Source of the DNA: Candidatus Anstonella stagnisolia
GTDB taxonomy: Archaea; Micrarchaeota; Micrarchaeia; Anstonellales; Anstonellaceae
Assembly: GCA_902384585.1 (NCBI GenBank)
Contig: CABMCJ010000004.1
Span: 322,086 to 386,085 of the forward strand
Direction of reading: 5' to 3'
DNA: 64,000 nt
Translations under genes and position numbers: made by a program
Notes under the pieces: generated by a model
Database searches by the model: none
Told to the model about the DNA's origin: nothing
Seen by the model: the letters and a program-made list of their open reading frames with translations, nothing else
Part shown: positions 38,176 to 46,764 of the stretch, piece after piece
How the letters are laid out: each line of letters begins with the position of its first letter
How positions within the stretch are numbered: position 1 is the first letter of the stretch

Positions 38176-38454
38176 CTACTCGCTTTCTTTCTCTGCTTCT
38201 TTTTTTGCTTCGGGGAGGGTGAGCACTTCCTGTATCGCGTCTGTGCGCGCCTTGTACACTTCTATGTATCCTTCAAATTCCTTGAAAAATTCATCTGCTG
38301 CTGCTTCGGAGGAATCCTCCACTATGATGACGGATTTTGTGCGCCAGGGGTAGGTGGAAATCTTTGAGCGCTTTAGGCGGTAGTAGAATCTTCGCTTGAG
38401 CGTGTTGTAGGGGTTCAGGCCCTTTATCTTTATGTCGTAGAAGTAAATGAGCAT
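38176..38454 (-). CDS. Small protein resembling the Cas2/VapD-like ferredoxin fold
   Basis: N-terminal LIYFYDI strand, helix RRFYYRLK and TKSVIIV (compare the Cas2 YDI..QxSV pattern). Confidence 0.55.
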   Translation of the reverse strand: MLIYFYDIKIKGLNPYNTLKRRFYYRLKRSKISTYPWRTKSVIIVEDSSEAAADEFFKEFEGYIEVYKARTDAIQEVLTLPEAKKEAEKESE

Positions 38455-38483
38455 GAAGGGAGTATTGCAGCAAGCAATAAAAG

Positions 38484-39359
38484 TTAGCCTGCCACTATCG
38501 TAGTTTTAACCCAGTTGTGGAATGTTCCTTTCTGCAATTGCCAGAGTCGTGTTGTTGTTTCGTCCAAGCCCACCCGTTCGCTCGTGAAATTGAAGAAAAG
38601 CTCGTTGCCTGAGTAGCGGTGCGGCTTGCCGTCTTCCTTTACAAGTTTTAGGAGAAGGATGCGCGGGGCAGTGTAGAGCATTGCCTTGCCATTTTCAAGC
38701 GTTATGCACAAATTGAAGCCGAGCTCATCGCCAAAGGGCTTGCTGCGGGCGTCTATGTGCTGGCTTGCAATAGCTTCTGAAAATCTGGAGGCAAATGATT
38801 CAACATTCGCGCGCAATGCTGCATGCAATTCTGTGAAGGAGGTTTTTATCGCATCAAGGACTGCAGGGGGATTGCTTAAATCTATCTCGGTTTCGGCTGC
38901 GAAGGGGTATTTGCCTGAAGGGCTCAATTTTGCGGCGATTATAAGTTCCCGTGCTATTGGGTCCTCAAGGGATTGCCGCAATTGCACTTGATGGGCTGTT
39001 GGAAAATCAGGAGTAGGCGGCTCAAGCACGTGCAGATGGGAATGATGCTCTTGCGTGCTGCCTGCCAGCCTGCGCTCGTTTGCAAGCACAGCTAGTTTAT
39101 TGTCAGTGCTAAGCAACGCATCAATGAAAAAGCACGTTTGCGCCATTGCGCCTTTGTCAAGGGCGCCCAGGGAAGTTGCATGCTCTTTTGGCACTATGAG
39201 CACATGCTTGTGGACGTATGGGAAAGCTGCCGCAAGCACGTTTGCGTTCCTGCCTGCGAATATGGGCTGCTCGTCCAATGGGCAAAAGGCGCATGCTTTT
39301 TTCTGCCTGCCAGCTGGAGTTGGGATAGCGGGTGAGCTAATGAATAGATGGGTGGGCAT
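38484..39359 (-). CDS. HIT family protein with C-terminal extension
   Basis: CAFC, FPYVHKHVLIVPKEH and HSHLHV motifs. Confidence 0.72.
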   Translation of the reverse strand: MPTHLFISSPAIPTPAGRQKKACAFCPLDEQPIFAGRNANVLAAAFPYVHKHVLIVPKEHATSLGALDKGAMAQTCFFIDALLSTDNKLAVLANERRLAGSTQEHHSHLHVLEPPTPDFPTAHQVQLRQSLEDPIARELIIAAKLSPSGKYPFAAETEIDLSNPPAVLDAIKTSFTELHAALRANVESFASRFSEAIASQHIDARSKPFGDELGFNLCITLENGKAMLYTAPRILLLKLVKEDGKPHRYSGNELFFNFTSERVGLDETTTRLWQLQKGTFHNWVKTTIVAG

Positions 39360-39390
39360 GGATATGCTGTGGTAAAAAGAGCTTAAAAAG

Positions 39391-39642
39391 TTATAGCCTG
39401 TCCACGCTAGTTATCTCGACTTGGGAAACTCCCTGTATTTTGGATGCCTTTTCCTCAAGCGAATCTGAGCCGCCTGGGGCGTCGTCTATTATGATGAGAA
39501 GGGTGATTGCCTTCAAACCGAATGCGATGGGCTCTTCCGAGATTTTTGAGGGCGCGAGGGTGTCAAAGATTTTTTTCTTGAGCGCCTCGAAGTTGTCCAT
39601 GTTCTCTGGAAGGATTTTCATTTCTACTGCTACTTTGCCCAT
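39391..39642 (-). CDS. ef1b: Translation elongation factor aEF-1beta
   Basis: MGKVAVEMKILPE and EEPIAFGLKA motifs; AGGTGA SD. Confidence 0.95.
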   Translation of the reverse strand: MGKVAVEMKILPENMDNFEALKKKIFDTLAPSKISEEPIAFGLKAITLLIIIDDAPGGSDSLEEKASKIQGVSQVEITSVDRL

Positions 39643-39660
39643 AAGTTTCACCTTTTGCAA

Positions 39661-39813
39661 TTAAGGCCCTTCGACGCCGCACTTGTGGCATTTGTAAGGG
39701 TTTGAGATAAGCCTGCAGTGCTGGCATCGGGCGAGTTTTGTCCCGCAGCCTGGGCAGGCGAACTCTGAGAATGTTTTTGTCTGCTTGCCGCATGTAACGC
39801 AATTTTTCAGCAT
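39661..39813 (-). CDS. Zn-ribbon RNA-binding protein (DUF1610-like), 50 aa
   Basis: Manual translation MLKNCVTCG..FACPGCG..ARCQHCR..YKCHKCGVEGP*; usual archaeal position upstream of EF-1beta. Confidence 0.9.
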   Translation of the reverse strand: MLKNCVTCGKQTKTFSEFACPGCGTKLARCQHCRLISNPYKCHKCGVEGP

Positions 39814-39919
39814 GTAAAATCACCTGTAATGGGATAATATTGGAGGAGGGGTATTTTAACCATTTCTATCTGCTTGCCTGCGGCAGGAATAAATACCTTA
39901 ATGGGCAGAATACTCTTGC

Positions 39920-39993
39920 GCCCTCGTAGTCTAACCTGGATAGGACACAAGCTTGCGGAGCTTGGGATCCGAGTTCAAATCTTGGCGAGGGCG
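39920..39993 (+). tRNA. tRNA-Arg(GCG), no intron
   Basis: Acceptor GCCCTCG/CGAGGGC; anticodon arm CAAGC-TT GCG GA-GCTTG; T loop GTTCAAATC. Confidence 0.93.
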
Positions 39994-40004
39994 TTTTGCT
40001 TCTT

Positions 40005-40916
40005 TTAAATTCTTCCAACTGCCGCAAGCTTAAGGAGAAGGACCTGCTTTTCAAGCTCGCCAAGGCGCACTTTTTCCTGATAAACGTTGAAATTCTTGCG
40101 CTCTATTTTTTGGAGGACCTCGTGGTATACGCCGCCCATCACTACGGTTGCAAAGCGGGAATCGTCAGTGAAGTTCTTCATCCCGCAGAAAGCCTTTTGG
40201 TAGTAGGAATGTGCGCGCCTTGCCTGGAATTTCATCAGTGAATAGTATGAGGAGTTCATAACGCCGCGAAGAAGCTCGCTTTCGGAATAGCCGAAGCGCT
40301 CAAGCTCTTCAAGCGGGATGTATATGCGCCCTTTTTTCGCATCCTCCCCGACGTCGCGCAGGATGTTTGTAAGCTGCAATGCGATTGAGAGGTAACGCCC
40401 GTATTTCTTTGCATTCGGGCTGTTGCAGCCAAAAATGTGAAGGGAGATGCTGCTTATCGTGGTTGCAACAAGCTCGCAGTATGTGAGCAGCTCCTGGAAA
40501 TTCTTGTAGCGGGAAATCGTGAGGTCCATCTTGCAGCCGCGTATCAGGCCCAGGTAGGGCGCTTTTGGGATGTTGTAGCGGTGCACTGCGTCCGAAAGCG
40601 CAATCATTATGGGGTGCGTCGCCTTGTTTTTGTATGCGGAATGCAAATCCGCTTCCCAGCGCGAGAGAAGCCAGTGCACGCCTTTCCCTTTTTGCTCGTC
40701 CACTATGTCGTCTGCATAGCGGCAGAATGCGTAGGAAGCGTACACTGCGTTGCGCTTTTCCTCTGGGAGGAACTGGAAGCCGAGGTAAAAGTTCGTGTCG
40801 CACTTCTTTGTAACTTCGTGGCAGTAGGAATAGGCTTTCTTGAGAACCTCGGATGGAAAGTGCTGCGCATAGGCGCGCTCTTTTGCTTTTGTAGTGATTA
40901 TCTTTGAAGACACCAT
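40005..40916 (-). CDS. Phytoene/squalene synthase family protein
   Basis: YAFCRYADDIVD, YCELVA and QLTNILRDVGEDAKKGRIYIP motifs. Confidence 0.92.
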   Translation of the reverse strand: MVSSKIITTKAKERAYAQHFPSEVLKKAYSYCHEVTKKCDTNFYLGFQFLPEEKRNAVYASYAFCRYADDIVDEQKGKGVHWLLSRWEADLHSAYKNKATHPIMIALSDAVHRYNIPKAPYLGLIRGCKMDLTISRYKNFQELLTYCELVATTISSISLHIFGCNSPNAKKYGRYLSIALQLTNILRDVGEDAKKGRIYIPLEELERFGYSESELLRGVMNSSYYSLMKFQARRAHSYYQKAFCGMKNFTDDSRFATVVMGGVYHEVLQKIERKNFNVYQEKVRLGELEKQVLLLKLAAVGRI

Positions 40917-41998
40917 TCGCACCTTGCTCCGTGTTTGCACTTTTTGTTCCGCTTTGCTCCCATTGCAATTGAGGCGAGAGAATTTTTAAGCATTGAGGGG
41001 GCGTAAAGGGAAGAAAGGTATTGCTGGAAATCCTTTTTTGGGGGGGAGGAAAGGAAATGCGAAATTCCCCGCTCGCCTGCAGCTTCAAGCGCTATTCGCA
41101 GCAGGGCCGCGGTTTTGAATTTTTCAAGGAACTCGTTTTTCCAGAGCGGGTCAAACTCCACGTTGTGCAGTATGCTCTGTGCCGCGAGCATTCCGCTTCT
41201 TATGCAATAGCGCAAGCCTATCCCAAGGGAAAGGTCCTGGAAGCCCGCAGCCTCCCCTATGTAGAGCTTTTCGTTTTCCTGCGCGGTTTTGGGAAGGAAA
41301 AAATTCACGTAGCTTGCCTTTGTTTCGCCTTTTTCAAGCGCGCTTTCCTTAAGGAAGAATTCGCGTGCGAAAAGCGAGGTTGCTTTTCTGTGGTAGGATG
41401 CAAGGTTGGGCAAATCGGCGGTTATTGCGGTGCCAAGGGTAACGCGGCCGCCGTCGGAAAGGATGTATGCATAACCTCCGCTTGGCGCGATTTTATTGCC
41501 AAGAATTACGGCGCAAATATCTTTTCCCAAATCCGCATCAAAAGAGGTCTCCATTGCAGAACCATCTATGCTGGATGGGCCGGTTGCGAATATGTCTGTT
41601 TGCTCGTAGGGAAGCGTGCTTGAGAAATGCACCTGCGCGCCAAAGTGCTGCGCGCTTTTGAGAAGGGCGGAATCAAGCGAATCTGGTTCCCTTCCCCTGC
41701 GGATAAGGTGCCAGTAGGGCTTTTTGCTTTTGAACTCCGCGCATCGCATTTTCTCGTCGTACGCGAGGAAAGAATGCTGCGGCTTGCAAAAGAAATCCGA
41801 GGATATGCCTGCTGCTTTCAGTTGCTCTGGGAAAGGGGTTTGCCCTGTCCAGTTCTCAAGCACCTGGAAGGAATTTGTGAAACGCGGCGAAAGTACGGGT
41901 GCGCGCTCGTGCACGTGGGATTCTATGCCGTCTTTTGCAAGCATTGCCGCGCATGCAAGCGCGGATGGGCCTCCGCCTGCGATTTGTATTTGCGTCAC
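40898..41998 (-). CDS. FAD-dependent oxidoreductase, geranylgeranyl reductase-like
   Basis: IAGGGPS dinucleotide motif, GGYAYIL, IGEAAGFQD; C-terminal CKHGARCEWC. Confidence 0.8.
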   Translation of the reverse strand: MTQIQIAGGGPSALACAAMLAKDGIESHVHERAPVLSPRFTNSFQVLENWTGQTPFPEQLKAAGISSDFFCKPQHSFLAYDEKMRCAEFKSKKPYWHLIRRGREPDSLDSALLKSAQHFGAQVHFSSTLPYEQTDIFATGPSSIDGSAMETSFDADLGKDICAVILGNKIAPSGGYAYILSDGGRVTLGTAITADLPNLASYHRKATSLFAREFFLKESALEKGETKASYVNFFLPKTAQENEKLYIGEAAGFQDLSLGIGLRYCIRSGMLAAQSILHNVEFDPLWKNEFLEKFKTAALLRIALEAAGERGISHFLSSPPKKDFQQYLSSLYAPSMLKNSLASIAMGAKRNKKCKHGARCEWCLQR

Positions 41999-42106
41999 AG
42001 GGGAGAATTGCAGAGCAGGTTATTATTTTGTTGCCCTCTGGTAGATATTTATATATTTTCGTGGTCATATAACGCGTTATATAATTGGCGGTTAGGGGAT
42101 GTAATA

Positions 42107-42844
42107 ATGGATTATAAGCCTGATTCTTTAGCATTTGGAAGCATTGCTGCGCCTTTAACACGAAACACCTGCCCGGGGGCAGGCATGCTGGCTTTGTCTG
42201 CTGTGGCAGAGAGGAAATTGACCCGGTTCAGGAATGCGCTTTTGGAGATGGAAGAAGGCGGGAGGGGTTTGAAAAACCAGAGTGAAATGCTTAAGCGCAT
42301 AGGGGAAGCAATGGATAATGCGATTGCGGAACATGGAAAACGTGCCGGTTCGCTCGCTTTTTATACCGCGCTGAAGATGGGGGCAGGCACTGATGACGCT
42401 TATAAGCTGTTCTGGTGCGGACTCCTGCATGATGCATGCAAAATGTTTGTGAACGGGAATTTTATTGAAAAGCCCCACAAGCTTGAACAGGAGGAAATGG
42501 AAGAAGTGAGAATGCACGTAAGGATAGTGCATCTTGTTGCAGACAGGGTTAAGTGGCTTGCAGGGGTTGAGGACGCAATGAGGTACCACCATGAGAATTG
42601 GGACGGAAGCGGATATCCAAATGGCTTGAAAGGGGAGGAAATACCGCTTGCGGCAAGGATAGTGGGAGTGGTGGATGCGTTTGATGCGATGGTGGATGGG
42701 AAAAGGGAATACAAAAAACCCCTAGATTATGATGAGGCTATTGCGGAACTGGAAAGAGCTTCTGGGACGCAGTTTGACCCGAATGTTGTCCGGGCGTTTG
42801 TAGAAATGTTCGGGGAACGCAATGAAGCGCAAAAGGCGGAATAG
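42107..42844 (+). CDS. HD-GYP domain phosphohydrolase
   Basis: LLHDACK, HHENWDGSGYPNGLKGEEIPLAARIVGVVDAFDAM and GTQFDP motifs; start re-assigned to ATG 42107. Confidence 0.9.
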   Translation: MDYKPDSLAFGSIAAPLTRNTCPGAGMLALSAVAERKLTRFRNALLEMEEGGRGLKNQSEMLKRIGEAMDNAIAEHGKRAGSLAFYTALKMGAGTDDAYKLFWCGLLHDACKMFVNGNFIEKPHKLEQEEMEEVRMHVRIVHLVADRVKWLAGVEDAMRYHHENWDGSGYPNGLKGEEIPLAARIVGVVDAFDAMVDGKREYKKPLDYDEAIAELERASGTQFDPNVVRAFVEMFGERNEAQKAE

Positions 42845-42847
42845 GGA

Positions 42848-43705
42848 TTATTGCAGCTCGTCAAGTATTTTGCTTATGTCCACGTTTTCTATTGGGCGCT
42901 TGCACGTTGGCATCTCGGAAAGGTGCGGGATGCCGTCCTCGTAAGTGGGCTTATCCTCCTTGTAGAAAACCCCGATTGGGATTTTGTCGCCCCACTCAAA
43001 AGTTTTTGCAAATGCAGCCTGCTTGTCCTCCGCATTGTGGTTCTTTTCATCAAGCTTGTACACGCGCTGCATGAAGTATTGGTAGGTATTTAACTTGTTG
43101 AAAGTGACGCAGGGCTGCAGCACGTCTATGAGGGAAAAGCCCTTGTGATTTATGCCGCCGAGTATTGTATTTACCATGTGGGGCAAATCCCCTGAGAAGG
43201 TGCGCGCAACGTAAGTAGCGCCCGAGGAAATCGCAAGCGCCAGCGGGTTCACAGGGTCTTCAAGCACCCCGTGCGGCGTGCTCTTGGATTTGTAGCCTTT
43301 TTCGCTTGTGGGCGAAGTCTGCCCTGTTGTAAGCCCGTACACCTGGTTGTCGTGCACTATGTAAGTGATGTCCAGGTTGCGGCGCATTGAATGTATGAAA
43401 TGCCCCATCCCGATTCCGTATCCGTCGCCGTCGCCTCCGACTGCGATTACTGTGAGGAGATGGTTGCCCAGCTTAACGCCGGTTGCGACTGGAAGCGAGC
43501 GGCCGTGCAGGGACTCGTATGCATACGTTTTCATGAAATGCGGGAGCTTTCCGGAACAGCCTACTCCGGAAACAACTACTGTGTCCTTTGGGTCTATCTC
43601 GCTTTTTGCAAGCGCGTTCTTTAGGGATATCAGGATTGGGAAATTCCCGCAGCCTGGGCACCATTCGGGCGCGTGGCCGCTTTCGTATTGTTGGACTGTT
43701 GCCAT
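42848..43705 (-). CDS. korB: 2-oxoacid:ferredoxin oxidoreductase beta subunit
   Basis: WCPGCG, SGVGCS, LHGR, GGDGDGY and NQVYGLTTGQ motifs; likely start MATVQQ at 43705. Confidence 0.95.
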   Translation of the reverse strand: MATVQQYESGHAPEWCPGCGNFPILISLKNALAKSEIDPKDTVVVSGVGCSGKLPHFMKTYAYESLHGRSLPVATGVKLGNHLLTVIAVGGDGDGYGIGMGHFIHSMRRNLDITYIVHDNQVYGLTTGQTSPTSEKGYKSKSTPHGVLEDPVNPLALAISSGATYVARTFSGDLPHMVNTILGGINHKGFSLIDVLQPCVTFNKLNTYQYFMQRVYKLDEKNHNAEDKQAAFAKTFEWGDKIPIGVFYKEDKPTYEDGIPHLSEMPTCKRPIENVDISKILDELQ

Positions 43706-43827
43706 AAGATTACCTACTGATATAATTTCCGTCAACGCTTTTTGCGCCGTACCCGCCTGGAGGCGCAAAAAGGGTTGTGCACCATTCTGGCGCGTGGCCG
43801 CTTTCGTATTGTTGGACTGTTGCCATA
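43658..43827 (-). repeat. 49-bp direct repeat of the korB 5' end (43658-43706, 43779-43827) flanking a 72-bp insert related to the tRNA-Gln intron
   Basis: One synonymous mismatch between the copies; 43726-43778 (minus strand) matches 20657-20709 at 50/53 nt. Confidence 0.93.
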
Positions 43828-43834
43828 TTATCGC

Positions 43835-45574
43835 CTATTGCCATCCTGCCATTTTCTTTATCCTGCCCACCACATCTGAAACTATGAAGGGCCTGCCGTC
43901 GTATTTGAGGTAGGTGTGCTCTATTAGGATGCCGGTTTTCTCACGGATGAGGTTGTGCATCTGCCCGGTGCTGTTGAGCTCAATCACCATGCATTTTTCA
44001 ATCCCGTTCAATGCTGCCTTCACTTCCTTGTCCGGGAAGGGGGATGCCCAGAGTATTTGTATTGCCTTGAGCTTTTTCCCTTCTTTGCGAAGCACCTTGA
44101 GCGCCTCAAGCGCGGCGCCTTTTGTTGAGCCCCAGAAAACAATTGCGGCCTTTGCATCCGCATCCCCGTATATTTTGGGCGCGATTAGGGAGCGGGGGAT
44201 GTTTGCGAGCTTTCGAGCCCGCTTGTCAACCTGGTTTGTGCGGTCCTGGGCACGCTCGCTTGTAAAGCCTGTTTCGTCGTGCTCGTAAGAGGAGGCAACG
44301 TGCAGCCCGTTTGGCTGCCCGGGGAAGCAGCGCGGCGAGATGCCATCGGACGCCAATTCGTGCCTCTTGAAATTTTCAGCATTTTGCATTTGGGAATCCT
44401 GCATTATTTTTCCGCGCAGTATTTTCACTTTTGAATCGTCAAACCTGCCCGTTGTCACGATTTGCTCTGCCAAGTGCTTGTCTGAGAGCATTATTGCGGG
44501 GGTTTGGGCTATTTCAGCCCAGTTGAGCATGTCTATTGCGCCAAAGAAGCACTCGTCAATATCGCCTGGGCAGAATACGAGCCTTGGGAATTCCCCCTGG
44601 GATGCGTGCAGCGCGAACTGGAGGTCTGCCTGCTCAGTGTAAGTGGGCATGCAAGTTGAAGGGCCGGGGCGCATTACGTCCACTATCAGGACCGGCTGCT
44701 CGCTTAGGCCCGCAAGCCCGAGCGCCTCTGTCATGAGGCTGAAGCCGCCGCCGGAGGTTGCAGTCATTGCGCGGCAGCCCGTGAACGCTGCGCCGCACAG
44801 CATGTTTGCGGCTGCGATTTCGTCCTCCGCGTGCTTTACAACCATTTTGTATTCGCGCTCGTGCGCTGCCATGTAGTGCAGCACCGATGAGGAGGGGCTC
44901 ATGGGGTACTCTGCAACGAACTTGCAGCCGCCCTTTAATGCGCCGATGCAGATTGCCTCGTTGCCGTTAAGGAGTATTTGGTTTTTTGAAGGCAAGCGCT
45001 TTGCGAGGAAAGGGATTTGGGCTTTTGAATCCCTTGCATTGTCAAAGCCGCACCTGCCTGCTGAAATGTTCTTCTTTATGATGTCGTCGCCCTTCTTTGA
45101 GAAGAGTTTCTTTAGTACGTCCTCAAGCACCACGAAATCAACGCCAAGCAGGGAAAGGGCTGCGCCAACCGCGACTGTGTTGAGGAAAACTTCGCCCCCG
45201 GTTTTCTGCGCGCAGGAGTACATCGGGATGGGGACGTATTTCACATCCTTGCGGAGCTTGGACACGTCCACTTTTGTTTTTTCAGAATCGTATATTATTG
45301 CGCCATCCTGCGCAACCTCGCCTGCGTGCAGCGTTATTGTCTCGTCGTTGAGAGCGATTAGAACGCTAATCCCGCCATCAAGCGCATAAATTTTTTGTGC
45401 GCTTGCGCGCACTGCAAAAGTATTGTGCCCGCCGCGTATGAGGGATGGGTAGTCGTTCTCGCCAAAAACGTTCAGGCCCAGGTGCTGGAGGCATTTTCCG
45501 AGCATTAAGCCTATTGTCATAACGCCGGAGCCTGCCTCGCCGCCCACTTTCAACGTGAATTCGTTTTCCTGCAT
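43835..45574 (-). CDS. korA: 2-oxoacid:ferredoxin oxidoreductase alpha subunit (fused gamma-alpha)
   Basis: GGEAGSG, YPSLIRGGHN, YPMSPSS, EDEIAA, TSGGGFSLM and RPGPST motifs. Confidence 0.95.
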   Translation of the reverse strand: MQENEFTLKVGGEAGSGVMTIGLMLGKCLQHLGLNVFGENDYPSLIRGGHNTFAVRASAQKIYALDGGISVLIALNDETITLHAGEVAQDGAIIYDSEKTKVDVSKLRKDVKYVPIPMYSCAQKTGGEVFLNTVAVGAALSLLGVDFVVLEDVLKKLFSKKGDDIIKKNISAGRCGFDNARDSKAQIPFLAKRLPSKNQILLNGNEAICIGALKGGCKFVAEYPMSPSSSVLHYMAAHEREYKMVVKHAEDEIAAANMLCGAAFTGCRAMTATSGGGFSLMTEALGLAGLSEQPVLIVDVMRPGPSTCMPTYTEQADLQFALHASQGEFPRLVFCPGDIDECFFGAIDMLNWAEIAQTPAIMLSDKHLAEQIVTTGRFDDSKVKILRGKIMQDSQMQNAENFKRHELASDGISPRCFPGQPNGLHVASSYEHDETGFTSERAQDRTNQVDKRARKLANIPRSLIAPKIYGDADAKAAIVFWGSTKGAALEALKVLRKEGKKLKAIQILWASPFPDKEVKAALNGIEKCMVIELNSTGQMHNLIREKTGILIEHTYLKYDGRPFIVSDVVGRIKKMAGWQ

Positions 45575-45709
45575 GGGATATGCACCGCTTGGATTTTTTC
45601 GATTTTCAGTTCCTTCTTGGTCGCCTGCTTGTTTTGCTATGCAAAAAGAAGATATTTAAATTAAACGGAGTGCGCTTCGGAAATTGACGAAGTGGAATTT
45701 CCGTTATCA

Positions 45710-46666
45710 TCAGAAAGGCCCCCATACTACGACGTATTCCTTTGTGATTGTGGAAATGTCGCATCCGCTGCATTTTGAAGAGAATTTTTCCTTGAAAGAG
45801 TCCAGCATTTGCTGGAGCTGCGCATTGCTTTGCACGTGCAATTCTATTGTGAGGTCGTATTTGCCCATGCTCTCTATTGCAAACAGGCAGCGGTTTGTGG
45901 AGTTGAAATGGGAAATTATCTGGCGGCTTGCTGTGGGGTCGCTTAGGGAAATGTTCAGCTGCACGAACTGCAAGCCCAGCTTCTCAAAATTCGGCGCGGT
46001 CACGTATGTGAGCATTATGTTGTCTTTCTCCAGTCTTTTCAGGCGGTATTGGGCGGTTTTTGCGTCTATGCCTGCTTGCTTTGCGATTTCAACTATGGGA
46101 AGGCGGGCGCTTGAGGAAATGGATTTGAGGATTTTTGAGTCTATTGCATCCAGTTTGTAATTTCCTATTTCATAAGCATAGTGCCAGTCTTTTTGCGCCC
46201 CTCCATCGTAAAGGAACTTCTGGTTCAGGCGGTGCGTGGAGAGGAAAGTGGAAATTTCGCGCTCTTTTATGTGCATGCCGTAGAGATTCATGAAGGGGCG
46301 CAGGAATTCCATGAGGTCAAGGGGGCTTCTTGCCATTATGAGGAAAACAGCGTCGTAGTAACCCTCCATGCTCGCAAGGTATGCAATGCGCGGCTGCCGC
46401 GCTATGTATTCGAGAATTTCTTTTTCTTTTGCAGGAGGCATGCTGTTGAGCTTGAGGTAAATCTTGTAGTAGAAAAAGCCGAGCTTTGAGGTGTTGAACA
46501 CCGCGTAAAAGCCCTTGAGGAATTTGTTTTCAAGCAGGCGGTTTATGCGGAAATTCACCGTCTCCTTGCTTTTCCTTAGTTTCTTTGCAAGCATGGAGGC
46601 TGGGATGCGCGCATTGAGGTCTAGCTCGTACAGGATGCGCCGATCCAGTAGGTCTAAATCTTGCAT
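45710..46666 (-). CDS. Tandem (double) Lrp/AsnC family regulator
   Basis: Two HTH plus RAM units (LDLLDRRIL.. and LDAIDSKIL..). Confidence 0.88.
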   Translation of the reverse strand: MQDLDLLDRRILYELDLNARIPASMLAKKLRKSKETVNFRINRLLENKFLKGFYAVFNTSKLGFFYYKIYLKLNSMPPAKEKEILEYIARQPRIAYLASMEGYYDAVFLIMARSPLDLMEFLRPFMNLYGMHIKEREISTFLSTHRLNQKFLYDGGAQKDWHYAYEIGNYKLDAIDSKILKSISSSARLPIVEIAKQAGIDAKTAQYRLKRLEKDNIMLTYVTAPNFEKLGLQFVQLNISLSDPTASRQIISHFNSTNRCLFAIESMGKYDLTIELHVQSNAQLQQMLDSFKEKFSSKCSGCDISTITKEYVVVWGPF

Positions 46667-46764
46667 ATTATTAATTTAAATGATAATATTTATATCTATT
46701 TTCTCTTTTTGTGCAATTTTTTGTGCTGCTTATTTAATATGCATTTGATGTTATATGAATTGGC

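Noticed and set aside
41627..42106. N-terminal extension of the HD-GYP ORF
   Set aside because: It overlaps the opposite-strand reductase; a better start is ATG 42107 after an AT-rich promoter.
43658..43778. Splicing of the korB insert as a BHB intron, and the ORF-track start at 43768
   Set aside because: The junctions cannot form the 4-bp central helix at the matching splice position, and the extension is translated hairpin sequence. The conserved protein starts at 43705.
45678..45703. Inverted repeat CGGAAATT-N10-AATTTCCG
   Set aside because: Short and single; it could be a terminator or operator but nothing else supports it.
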